The position numbers and the translations under genes are program-made. A DNA stretch of 64,000 nucleotides from Kudoa neothunni. Lineage: Eukaryota > Animalia > Cnidaria. How positions within the stretch are numbered: the stretch's first letter is position 1; each line of letters starts with the position of its first letter. This document shows, one piece after another, positions 1-11,847 of this stretch. Below the pieces are notes generated by a model. That model made no database searches, was not told the origin of the DNA, and worked only from the letters and a program-made list of their open reading frames with translations. The DNA is taken from the NCBI GenBank assembly GCA_964304625.1, contig OZ199838.1, positions 8,395,794 through 8,459,793 on the forward strand. The letters are read 5' to 3'.

Positions 1-280
1 GTTTGAACTCCTTATTGACTTAATTGAATTATTACAACTGATAATTTTAAATTTCTTGTCAACGTCCCTCTGTATCCTTGGCAATGGTCAAATTTACTAC
101 GCAACGTCGAATCAAAACGGAATTTCTGGACCTTAGAATTGCTACGCAATACTAAATTTATTTCGCAGAATACCGAGAAATTTCATATTAATTATTTTAT
201 ATTCATAGATATTTTTTACACATATCTTACGAGATAATAATGTAATTATTAACTTTGTAGTATCCAAATTTATTAAAAAA

Positions 281-311
281 CTAGCGCGAACCGCCCAGCT
301 TTGCTTGGGGG
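281..311 (-). mobile_element. Helitron-like 3' terminus (hairpin + CTAG) fragment
   Basis: Reverse complement reads CCCCCAAGCAAAGCTGGGCGGTTCGCGCTAG, closely resembling the 3' end at 6486-6515 (CCCCAAGCAACGCTGGGCAGTTTCCGTTAG). Confidence 0.45.
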
Positions 312-423
312 AATATTTCACAAATCGAGACATTGCAGCAACCGAAAAGCATTTAAGAAATATGAGACAATAAACAAACGATATGAGAATAGATAGTTAT
401 ATAGGAATTAAACAGTTCCGTTG

Positions 424-2243
424 TATATTCTCGAAAAATAGCTAAAGCAGAATTGAAATTATATGCTTTTGTTGCGGAACACAATTACCGCTTTTAATCT
501 TGGATCATATGCCTGATTTAGTTGCCAAGTTTGTGAAGATTCTGCTATTCGCAAAGATATTAAATATGCTCGAATGGAAGGCAAAGGTGTTTTTCGTCAT
601 GTTATTGGGAAATATTACTTAAAAAACTTAATTTCAAAATTAAAAAACAACCAAATTTTTCATTAATAATAGATGAAACCACAGATATATCCACAACTAA
701 ACAACTAGTTTTAGTAGCTCGGTATTATGATGACGATGTTAAAAACACAATGGACAAATATTTGGTCATGTTGGGAGATAACGAATTGTACTGGCAAAAG
801 AATTTTTGAATCATTGATAAAGTTTTTTTTAACTTAATAATATCTCCATTCATAATCTTATCGGATTTTCCAATGACCAATTGCAAATGTTATGATGGGG
901 TAACAAAAGTGGTGTCCAGAGTTTACTGAAACAAATTATTCCTTCGGCTTTACGTGCAAGGTTTGCGTTTGTCACAGCAAATTTTTGTAAGTGCGTCTAA
1001 AGCTTGTCCTCAACTTCCTAACGAGTTGGAAGATTTAGCTAGTAAGTATTTACACATACGTTTCGAATAGCTCAAAAACATTTGATTGAATACAAGGAAT
1101 TTCAAAAGATAATGGTTATTTGTCCTAGCAAGATATTACACCCTTGTAGCACAAGATGGTTGTCACTTGAACAAGTCGTCGCTAGAATACTCGATCAATG
1201 GAATGCACTTAAAATGTTTTTCGCTACTGCAGTATCAGTAAATGATTTTGAACCAGAAAAATTAATAAATCATATGTATTTTGAATGCTTAAACTTTATA
1301 CTCCTTGTAGTGAGCAAACTTAATCTTGAATTCTAATCAAAAACCTCTCGAATACACACACAAGCTAAAAAATTCAATTAGTGTTACAGTAAAAGTCATT
1401 CTCAGCTTATTTAAGAAAAGAGAAATCATTAAAAACGTGGATATTTGTAACATTAATAACCCTTAAAATTATCTTCCATTAGGTAGTGTTTGTCGTGGAT
1501 CCAACGTGGACTTGCATCTATACAATGAATCCTTCCATAATACATTCACAAGAATATCTCCAATACAAGATATATACATTAACTTCTATATTGCCTTAAA
1601 AAATGAAATATTTGATCGATTTCTATACAATAATTCATTTAAAGAAGTTGAATTGTTTGAGGCCATGGATCCAAGTAACGTAAATGAAGGTAAGCCCGAG
1701 TCTATCATACCCCTTGCAGCAAGCTTCCCCAATGGTGGATATTGAATGGAGAAAATTAACTTTCGAAGACTCAAATCTCTTTTCGATAAGTGACCTCGAA
1801 ATATTTTGGTACGATGTATCAGAAAAAAGAATTGGCGATGTTCCTAAATATCCATTAATTTCAAAAACTAATGATGAGATTGCTTTCAATTACCTCATTT
1901 TTCTGCTTGTGTCAAAAGAATATTTTCCCAATTCAACATAATCAAAATAAAAAATAGATTATTATTGAAGACCGAAACATTAAACAGTTTGGTTTATTCG
2001 AAAAGATTTTTTTATAATACAGATTGTTACAAAATAGAACCTGCCTGAAAAATTCAGTAATAGCGTTCATAGAGACAAACCTTTATGAAGATAACTGTAA
2101 TGAAACAATTTCATTTTAGATAGATTAAAAAACATTGTAAAATAACTATGTTTTCCCCCTTAATCTCTTTGTTGCGTAGATTAAATGTGGTACGTTTTTC
2201 AAAAATGTTTGGTACTTTTTTCGCTAATCTTCTGGCAACCATG
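424..2243 (+). mobile_element. Degenerate hAT transposon (frameshifted transposase, right end only)
   Basis: Fragments across frames: SLIIDETTDISTTKQLVLVARYYD (first catalytic D), CVCHS (CxxH), PCSTRWLSL (RW motif) and a decayed C-terminal dimerisation motif near 1890-1930. A likely TIR, ...CTGGCAACCATG, ends at 2243. No left end found. Confidence 0.75.
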
Positions 2244-2497
2244 ATGCAAAACAAACGCTTCAAATAATTTTGCTTGTAAATTATTTAAAACGAGTAATCA
2301 TAGCATTATATAATGCTTAAAATTATTCAAAATATTAGCGAACCTTTTAATACTTAAAATAACTAAGGTACGTACGACCGATCCATTACTGTATTTAAGT
2401 TTCAGTAATTTGTGAAAAGAGAGACACGCTGGATAACTAAACTAAAATAAAACCCATGGTTGCGCGCGCGTGTCTAAAAACCATCCCCCTTGGTGAC

Positions 2498-3203
2498 ATG
2501 CGTAGGAATGATCAATTCAAGACGCAACTTTTTATTCGCAATATGTAATTTTCTATAAGTGATTTCATTTTCTTAATGTTTTATAGTCATACTATTTCTG
2601 AGCTTGAAATATGTATCAATTCATATAGCCGTAAGAATTTTTTTGCGGCCTGAAATAAACTTTTGTAGCTCCTCACTCTTGTCATAAAACTATTTCAGAT
2701 GGTTGATAGAGTTTTAATAAATTCAAAGGAGGAAAAATAAGATTTTATATGCTAATTTTCTATGCGAAGTGGTCATACATTACTAAAACAAATTTGAACC
2801 AGCTCAACAATATAGCTGAACGCGTTTATAATGAGTGCCTCATTCAGGTTTACTTTTTTGGAGTTGAATAAAAACGTCTTTATGTATACTAGAATGTTTG
2901 AAATTACTGGTGAATCTTTATTGTATAGTGGAATGAAACCTCAATGGTTTGGAATTAATTCAGTACCTTCCTTTATGCTTATATCCCCTAATATTACATA
3001 TATCCATTCTGGGCAATGACGACTTGGATCTAAATAAAGTTAAGTCATTAATCACGCCCATTCCTAAACATGATATACACAATATACCCTTGCTCGCTGG
3101 CCGATTTCGAACTGAAAGAAATGTTGATCCACCCTTCGGTTTACGTACCCTAGGGCTTAGTTTATTATTTTTGTTGATCAGTTATTTGATGGAAAAAGTT
3201 TGA
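2498..3203 (+). CDS. Probable thioredoxin-fold membrane protein (TXNDC15-like), with small introns and apparent frameshifts
   Basis: Pieces FYMLIFYAKWSY (Trx FYxxWC-like, Cys absent), FGINSVPSFMLI (cis-Pro loop) and a C-terminal TM helix LRTLGLSLLFLLISYLMEKV*. GT..AG mini-introns occur near 2546-2587 and 2631-2668. The frame shifts at TCTGGGCAAT (~3010). The start codon is uncertain (2498 or 2508). Confidence 0.45.
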
Positions 3204-3498
3204 TGGAATCGAGAACATTTTTCTGTTTAATTGAAAAAAAAATTGTCATTAGAAAAGATTTTTTACTTGTTTGTATTTGTATAATGTTCACCATCCTAAA
3301 AGTGGTCTCTTTTTTCCGCACAAATTAAAAGCTCATAAATTTTAAATATACTCATTAGCTTTTGATTTTTTCTACGTTAATCGTCTCATTTCTAAACTTT
3401 AAATGTAATTAATGTGATAAATAATGGGCGGTGCCGCTAATCTCTTATGAGAAACTAAGATGCGGCTGATCCGAGGCGCGGAAATGAATCTTATATTA

Positions 3499-4923
3499 TA
3501 GGGTTTCTCATTTATATTTATACTCGGCATTTTTGCAGGTTAATCTCGGCACCTTTGCAATTTAAATTAAGCGTATTCGCGTTTAGTCTTTAAATTTGTG
3601 TGAATGCGTAGAAATCATGAACCGGAGAAAAAAATATGTATTATATTTATTCCAATAACCTCAGTAAAATTATTATTCTAGAATAATTTCACCTCTAGAA
3701 GACCTGGTGACGTAGCCCAACATTTTGCGATAGAAACCGTCACAATGTTGGGACGTGATTTCTTGTAAACATTTTTTTATCGCATTCTTCAACTCGTTTT
3801 CATTTTGACATTGCCTACGGATAACTAGATTTTTCCAAACAGAGAATATATTCTCTATTGGATTCAGAAATGGACTATACGGAGGTAAATATCTTATCGT
3901 GAATTTTTGTTGAAGGATTAATTCTTTTAGTCCGTCCCTTATAATGATGTATTTTCGCATTGGTCCATAACGAAAACAGGATTATCAGTACCACTTGATA
4001 CACAGTTGGATGTTAATTCCTGTAGACAAATTTTAAAATCCTCACCTGAAACCGCTCGCTCGTGTATCTTACTATATATGATGCCTTTTTGTTGATTGCA
4101 GCAACTACAGATATGTTTCTGCTTCCTGCTGCAGAAACAAAACAATATGCAGAAGTTCCTCTCAAAGAGCGACCTCTTTAGGTCTTGTGACCACTGAAAA
4201 TCCGACTTCGTCGAGAAATACAATACTTTCATGTGGTACATTGGTTTCTAAGTCTCTGAACATCTCAGCATATTCAATTCTCTTTTGAAGCGTCGTCTCA
4301 CAATTTCTTCTCTCGGGGACCCTTACTTCGGGATTTTAAAGTGTAATGAAATTTACCGATAACTCTGTCTATCGTGCTTAGGGACACTGTTATTCCAAAC
4401 TCGTCATTAACTTTTTGTTTAAGTTCTTTAAACGTAATTTGAGAGTTGTCGTCCACCCACCTGATAATATTTTCCTTCTGATCAGGAGAGAGGAGTGAAG
4501 GTCTTTTTCCGCCTCTAGATTTTGCATCTAGTGTTCCGGTTTCGCGAAACTTTGATAATATGGACTACACGGTGGATCTTGGTAGATGCATTTCGGAAGC
4601 AATGTAAGTATCACTTCTTCCACTTAAACAGAAATTAAACATTTGTTCTCTTAAGTAGAAAGAAATAGTTTTTCGCAGCTTTCTTTTTTCTTTGTGTGTT
4701 GGTATATTAAAAATTTCGATATCATCGGATATGGAGCTCTCAGATTCAACGATATGATCTCTGCTATTAGGGTTCATCTAATGAATTCAATCTCTTAATA
4801 ATATGAAAATAATTTAACAAAAAAAACTTTTTTCAACTAACGCGAGATATTAAAAAATTTGAATACTACTGTTGAGGTGCTGAGATTAAATGCAAAAGTG
4901 CCGAGTATAAATGAGAAACCCCA
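3499..4923 (-). mobile_element. Tc1/mariner (IS630-like) DNA transposon with disrupted transposase (4777..3673)
   Basis: Imperfect TIRs of ~50 bp (TAGGGTTTCTCATTTAT..ACTCGGCA / TGCCGAGTATAAATGAGAAACCCCA) flanked by TA. The HTH N-terminus, the VFVMD motif and YLPPYSPFLNPIE are split over three ORFs. Confidence 0.88.
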
Positions 4924-5463
4924 TAATTAGATAACCTATTATTGTTGGTGTACTATTGCGTGATATTTTGTATTGTGGAGCTAAATACAAGAATGCAACA
5001 CTTAAGATAACACGATGTATTGATGGCTTAGGGTGTTTAATTTATTGGAATTCCGCGAAGAGGGAATGTTATCCCAGATTACGCGCAAAAAATAAAACAA
5101 TCTGATCTGCTATCAAACATCAAATTTCTCGGCACTTTTATCAACTCGTTTTGGTCTACTCTATTGCTTTCTATTCAATATTATTCGTATATAGTTTCCA
5201 ATATCAAATATATTACTTTTAGAATTATAGAGTGACTTATAGGTCCTGCGTAATCAAAAGAGAAATCGAAGTCATTACGCAAGAGCAATAACTACGCATG
5301 ACAAATTGCGCACGCAAAAAAAACAAAAATTTTAAAAATTAGGTTATATTTTGACCAATTAACATACATGTTTAGTTCAATATTTGCAATAATTTTGAGT
5401 GCAAAATAATCTATAATTTAAGGATACACCGAAAATGTATTGTGCGAAATGTTAAATCTATTA

Positions 5464-6515
5464 TCTACTATCTATCTACTTCTACTATATATATCAAGCT
5501 GAAGTGTCCATGTGTGTGTGTCAGCAAGTAGGTATGTGCGTCAAAATTTTTTAAAAATTACAATGTTTCCAGGAGTGTTTTAGAAAGTGATGATTTTGTC
5601 GATTCAACGTTTGTTTATCGGATTACTTAAGTTTAACAATAAGATTAACGCCTGCTTATGACTAGCTGATGATCGGTTGAAGTTAATTTTCCCCTTTATA
5701 TGCTTTATCAAATTTAAATTAAGCGATATCGTCTGACATTTTATATAATGTTCGCACGTATATTTGTGGAGTTTTTAACATATTTGACATGATTAACACA
5801 TTTTGAACGTTCTATTAATGGTTATAGATATAATAAAAAAATCTAGATGTGTTTCATGAATAACGAATTTGTGGAGAACGTTAAAATTACATTGATTGAA
5901 GCGTTATAATGGAAATACTGCGTTCGTAGGTTTCATTGAAATGGTTCGCGAAGTTGAACTTTCAGTGATTAAATTCAATTCAGATGGTTGTATTCTTATT
6001 TCATCTAATTATATAGATTATATATGTTGATATTGAAGCGATTTTTAGCTGTTAGTTCGGGAAAAGCGCACTAATGTTTATTCCAGGCCAAGCGATGCTA
6101 ATTTTAGCAATATCAATTAATTTTCATACGTTTTCTTCTATTTCTATTTTTTTATCTCTTAAAAAGTTAGTGATGCATACAGTTACCCAGCCCCAGTCGG
6201 GCCAGAATTCGACTTTTAAAAATCCCCTGGACCAAAAAATAACATTTTAGATAACACTTTAAGGAAATTTAAATTATTTGGTTGCGATGCCGGGCCTCGA
6301 AATTTTTAAATGAGCACCGGGATTGGTACACTCCTTCACAGAAATGATCATAATTTTAACTTCATATTCACAGTCATTGAAGTATAATGCCTAAAAATTT
6401 TTTTAGTTGCTTTGTTTCTATGAGTTCATTATAAACTTTAATATATTTTCTTAATGCTATTAAAAACGACTCTAGGCGAAACCTTCCCCAAGCAACGCTG
6501 GGCAGTTTCCGTTAG
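5464..6515 (+). mobile_element. Non-autonomous Helitron-like element
   Basis: 5' end A|TCTACTATCTATC...TATATATCAAGCTGAAGTGTCC followed by a (TG)n tract. 3' end has a GC hairpin CCCAAGCAACGCTGGG then TTAG|T. No TSD. Confidence 0.55.
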
Positions 6516-6772
6516 TTATTGCTAATCGTAATAGAAAAAACGAGAACAACCGCACGCAATATGGTGTTTTTCTGGAGTCACATACTTTACCATTACCTTA
6601 GAGATTAAAATATTTTATTTTTTTAAAATTTTATTGACGTTTTTGTGAAAGAAAAATGTGGGATCCTCCTGGACCCCAAAACTGTTTGGTCTTGGTTTAA
6701 GTTATTGATATAAAATCCTAGAAAACAAAAAATTCTTAATTTTAAAATAAATTACGAATATATAGAAACGTT

Positions 6773-7825
6773 GACTATTTTACAGTATGTGTCGATCTTC
6801 GGAGATTTTCGCAAATTCTCGAATAATTGCTTTGGATGGAGGGTTTTAGGAAATTATTCACCTTAGAGGACGTCGGCGATATAACAGTTTTCTATTTTGC
6901 ATATTTTCTTGAAGATAATGCATATACAATTAAAGTTTTGCAGAATCTTGGACTCCTACAAGGCTACATGAAGTGTTCGTGTGGCGCAGTAATGAAGATA
7001 TCAACAAGAAAGGACACCGGTGAGGGCTTCCAATTTAGACTTACAGATTAACAACAACGATGCAAAGTAAGAAAAAAAAAAGTATTTTCGAATTATCGAA
7101 ACTTCCTCTGTGGAAAAGTTTTATTTTTATGGTTTACGTCATACAAACCCCAACAGCGACTTTCGAAACGCTACAAATTTATTTCAAAATAGAGTCGCAT
7201 ACTATCATTTTTGAATGGAAGAGTATTATTCATGATTTAATGGTTTCAAAACTTGGTAAAGAATCCGAAAAAACCAGGAGGGTGGGAGTTGTTGTACATA
7301 TCGATGAAACCGCCATCTCAAAAAGAAAATACAATGTAGTTATATTTTTGAATAACCAACAGTATTGGGTGATAGGCAGGATAGATGAAGGTGGAAACTG
7401 CTTCTTAGAAATTTCTCGCCTTAGAAATCAGTGTTCTCGAGGGAATAATCACCGAGAATGTTGAAGACGGTTCCACAATATGGATAGTTGATTGGGGGTG
7501 GGTATAATCTACTGGCGGATTTAGGATTTTTTCATGGGGAAGCGATCCATAAAGGAGATTTGTCTCAAACGAAGGTGCCCACACTAATCGAATCGAAGCT
7601 ACTTGGGGAGCTTTCAAACGCAAATACAGAAACGCGACTAACGAAAGTCCGAACAACTTTTCTGGATATATATCCGATTTTTTATTTAGGCGTGAATGTA
7701 AAAATAAAGGATTGAGCACGGTGTGTAAATATATAATGGTTTTATATTCAATTTAATAATGTACCCGACTTTCCCCCAGAGTTATGTTTTTGTACCGAAG
7801 TTCGTCACATTACTGTAAATTAGCC
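6773..7825 (+). mobile_element. Merlin (IS1016/ISXO2-like) transposon, degenerate
   Basis: Zn-ribbon CSCG, VHIDETAISKRKYN and WVIG motifs, and an HTNRIEATWG-like segment. Imperfect TIRs GACTATTTTACAGTATGTGTCGATCTTCGG / CCGAAGTTCGTCACATTACTGTAAATTAGCC. It lies between two piggyBac-type end palindromes (~6658 and ~7832-7867). Confidence 0.85.
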
Positions 7826-9070
7826 GTCGGCCTGGGTTCCATTCGGATCCCAAAAATGCTTGGAGGGCTAAGTGTATTATCCAATATACTTGGGATTTAC
7901 AATGAGTAGTTAGGCGATTGTCAAATTTAGAAATTAAACCATATTTCGTGTATGGATGCAAGTGATTTAAACATAAGTAAAGCGCTTTATCCTTTTTTTG
8001 TAATTACAGTAATATGTCAATATGTTCAAAATATTTATGATTACTTTTAAAATCATAAACAACCGTTTTCGAGAGCTTTAATTAAAAAAAACAGGACTCA
8101 TTAATATTTTGTCACGATAAAGATGCCATGAAACAAATTATATTTTATATATTTTTAAAACAATTGTATAACAGGTTATTTTTTATATTTATTACAAAAA
8201 CTTATTTTCACTATTATTCCTCTTTAGATTACACTAATAACGAAAGATTGTATGTTTAATCCATTTATTTCCCCTTCTATTGCTGTAAACATCTTACATA
8301 AATATTTAAAAAATCATTAACCTAAAAAATTTCTTGAGTAAATGAAGTAAATATTCAAATGCGATAAAAATTAAACCCGCTATGATTTTTACTAAAAAAA
8401 CGCTTGATTACAAGCCAAATATTAACGGGGGGAATCGCCCTACAAAATAATAATTTGTCGGAAATTAGATTCAAAAGTTATTATTAAATAAATTATAAGT
8501 AGAAAAAACATAAATATTCTACACATATTCTACTACTGGCACCTCGACATGAGCCGAACGAAGATTAATGAACAAATTGCACAATTCGAATTTGAAACAA
8601 TTTTTGTATGAACATGCTTTAAAATCGGGATGATCAAATGAATGCAGCATACATTAAATTGAGAGTTGCACGCTATATCATTACCCCCATAACTTTCTAG
8701 AATTTGTATTCAATTATTTCTGACCTCGAAGGGAGTGATGGTAGGCTAAAAGTAATTAAACATAGCCAGAACTGATCCTACCTGTATATTATAATACATA
8801 AGGATAACCAATATCAACTGTATTTTAAGGAAATCGAAAAAATTTGGAAAAACATACAATAGTTAGGCAACCTTGAAGGTGTCATAATAATTAAAGTAAT
8901 CCAACCTAAATCGCTTACTGCTAGATATACTGATCAAAATAGTTTTGAAATGCATCCATAGAAACTCCAGAAAAATTGATGATACCACTCTTTCGGTGGG
9001 GAAAGTTATTCTAGCGAGAAAAAGCGTTTTTAGTATTTGTCGTATGTGAAGATAAAATAATGCAGAGACT

Positions 9071-10635
9071 TTATATGCTGTTGAATGTGGAGAACTGACT
9101 ACAACCTCTCGTGGATTCGTCACATTCTAAAACATTGGAATAGGTGTGGTGCGCGATTTTGTCCACTGAAGGAAGAGGATCATTGACAGCTTTTTCAATT
9201 TCAGCTTCAACGTGTTCGGTAGCAGTTTCAGAGAGGGCCTTTAGAAACATTCAATCACTTAAATACGTATGAATCTATGCTTACATCCAATTCTTCATTT
9301 GTGAGTAAATTGGCTTTAGTTACCATATCTCTGAATACTTTGATTGGATCGGACGATTTTCGTTTTTCTTTAACTTCCTCTTGTGTACGATAACTATAAG
9401 TGAGCAAGATATTGAAAATAATGAAAGAAGATAGCCGTAATAATAATAATGACCTGGTTCCTGGATCACTCATACTGTGACCGAAATATCGATAAGTACG
9501 AAACTCTAGAATGATTGGACCCTTTCAAGTAACCAATCAAAACGACACGTTATTAATTACTACTAAATTACTTTTCCAAATCGGCAATGATCCGTGGCAA
9601 ACTTTGTGGCTTCTCTAACTGATAACACACAATTGGCATCGACCTATTTGTTATTAGTGGCGATGAACAAGTTCGAGTCGGAACCAACTTGAATTCCAGG
9701 AATGTAGTCACCCCTGGTATAGAAATCAGTACAGTAGGCTGCTCTCTCAATCGAAGTCCCCATTGCATAGTTGTTGTTTTCACACACAAATATCACGGGA
9801 AGTTTCCATAATGCGGCCATATTGAATGATTCAAATACTTGACCTTGGTTGGCCGCACCGTCACCATAAGCAGTTACACAAACCTTGCCGTTATCATTGT
9901 ATTTGTTTGCAAATGCAATACCAGTTCCTAGTGGTACCTAATAGCTGAGATTAACAATCGAAGACGGTCAAAAATTCACTTGAGCACCGACAATACCGTT
10001 GCCACCATAGAAATCTTTTGCGTATGTATGCATGGATCCACCTCTTCCTTTGGAACAGCCAGTTTCTTTCCCTAATCGAAAATTCTCTCAAAACTAATAA
10101 ACATTACTCAAATAACCAAGCATTTCTGCAGCAAGTGATCTCACAGAACATCCTCTGGTGTAGGTCCATCCGTGTGATCGATACGCTGTAATCACGGAAT
10201 CACCTTCAATAAGCGCTGCCTCCATTCCAACACAGCATGCTTCCTAAACAAAAAAGGATTCAAGTTGGAAGCTTTACAGCGATAAATTTATCAGTTACTT
10301 GACCTGAATATAAATGGCAAAAACCGCGAATGGCGCGCTCTTTGTAAAGTCGACTAAATTCTTGTTCGACATTTCGTATCACGGACATGTCATAAAAATA
10401 TTTTTTAGCTTCATCTTGTGTGACGGTGGTAGATTGTGGAATAGATGACGGATCAAGTTTATGAAACTTAAATTCCTAAATTTAACTCCAGTAATGCTCC
10501 GTGAGATAAATCTACCGATAATCTAAACATGTCAGGCTGTCTGACGGATGAACTTGTATTCAAGAACTAAAAACTATCACAATAAATTCAATATATCCAA
10601 AAAATAACCCGAATGAGACGCTTAAAACTAAGCAT
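9071..10635 (-). CDS. PDHA1: Pyruvate dehydrogenase E1 alpha subunit, mitochondrial (multi-exon)
   Basis: Manual splicing gives MLSFKRLIR...[11 protein letters not shown]|EACCVG...TAYRSHG...GRGGSMH...[10 protein letters not shown]...[10 protein letters not shown] (TPP motif)...[11 protein letters not shown]...[13 protein letters not shown]|SYRT...FNSI*. Introns are GT-AG and ~40-60 nt. Confidence 0.96.
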
Positions 10636-10645
10636 TTTTAAACTT

Positions 10646-10655
10646 TGCGCATGCG
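10646..10655. promoter_or_regulatory. NRF1-like element TGCGCATGCG upstream of PDHA1
   Basis: Matches the YGCGCAYGCGCR consensus and lies 10 nt from the ATG at 10635. Confidence 0.55.
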
Positions 10656-11650
10656 ATACGGTTGAGTAAATATGTCTAACGAGTTTGCTAATTAGCACCT
10701 TCCAGTATTTGTTAACTTATATTCAAATTTTAATAATTCAATTTATTTAGATTATTTTTCTTTGTGTTTTAGCAACTGAAAATTTGTAGTTTTCACTTGT
10801 GGAACGTGATTTCTGTTTGCTTGAGGGTATTAAATCTATGCCGATGGATTAAAAAGTAATAATGTCAGTTTATGTAAATGAGTTCAACTTAATGTATTCA
10901 CTCTGTTGATTTTTAATGAAACATTGGATTCTTTCACATAATATTTCGGACATTTATGAAAATGATTAACAAAGATTTCGTAACCTTTCTGTGATTTTGG
11001 ATAGAAATATAATTAACTTCTAAACATATTTAAATCTTTTTCACTTAAATGACGTGATTTACGATAAAACAACTTTTTTGAAAATTAATCCGATTAATCC
11101 CGTAAATAAATCAGATACAAACAAACAACTTTAGGTTTAATCAAACGTTAATATTATGTGACATACAGTGATAAATCATTTTCGTTGAGTGTATGAATTA
11201 GGCAGTCAGTTGTAGAAATTCTATCCGACAGAGAAAAAGTGTGTGAAATGGCATGCAAGCGATTTACACGTATTAGAAAGTCTGCGCAGCTGTTTCGAAG
11301 ATTTATTTCAGCGGCTTGATCATTTAAACCTAGAAAGCTCAGTGAGCCCCTTTTGGTCCAGGTATAACTTGTTCAAATAAAGTCACTTAATTATTTTAAA
11401 GTATTTTTTATGGATTATTTAGCTATGAAGCTATAATGAATAGTCAGGGGGGTTCGAACCCGCGAGCCATGGCTTAAGCCTCCCGGACGATGGGGGTCAT
11501 TCGTGACCCCAATTTAGATATTTCCTCGTTTTATGGTTCAATCAAGTTTAATATCGTTAAAATTTCATGAAATCTCCGTAAATGGGTTTAAGTTTTTACG
11601 TATATAGTTAAAATAAATGTATCGAATCTTTAGTAGTAAATACTTTATAA

Positions 11651-11720
11651 CAGGGGTCGGCAACTTTTTTAGTATAAAGGCCAAATAGCTATATAATTTT
11701 ACTTTGGGGGCCACGTTACA
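11651..11720 (+). mobile_element. hAT-Charlie-type terminus fragment
   Basis: CAGGGGTCGGCAAC...GGCCA...GGGGGCCAC is a typical Charlie/MER5-like end. The partner end was not identified. Confidence 0.5.
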
Positions 11721-11847
11721 TTTAATAAAAATTTTTATTTTTAAATAAAGTATCGATATATTCACATTGAATGAGTTATAAAACAATAAATATTTTAAAA
11801 TTTATTTTTAAAATAATAATTGAAAAAAAATTTATATAAAAATAAAT

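Noticed and set aside
11444-11470. GGTTCGAACCC B-box/tRNA-like sequence
   Set aside because: No cloverleaf, A-box or acceptor stem. The context CAGGGGGG...CGCGAGCCA fits an hAT terminus fragment at least as well.
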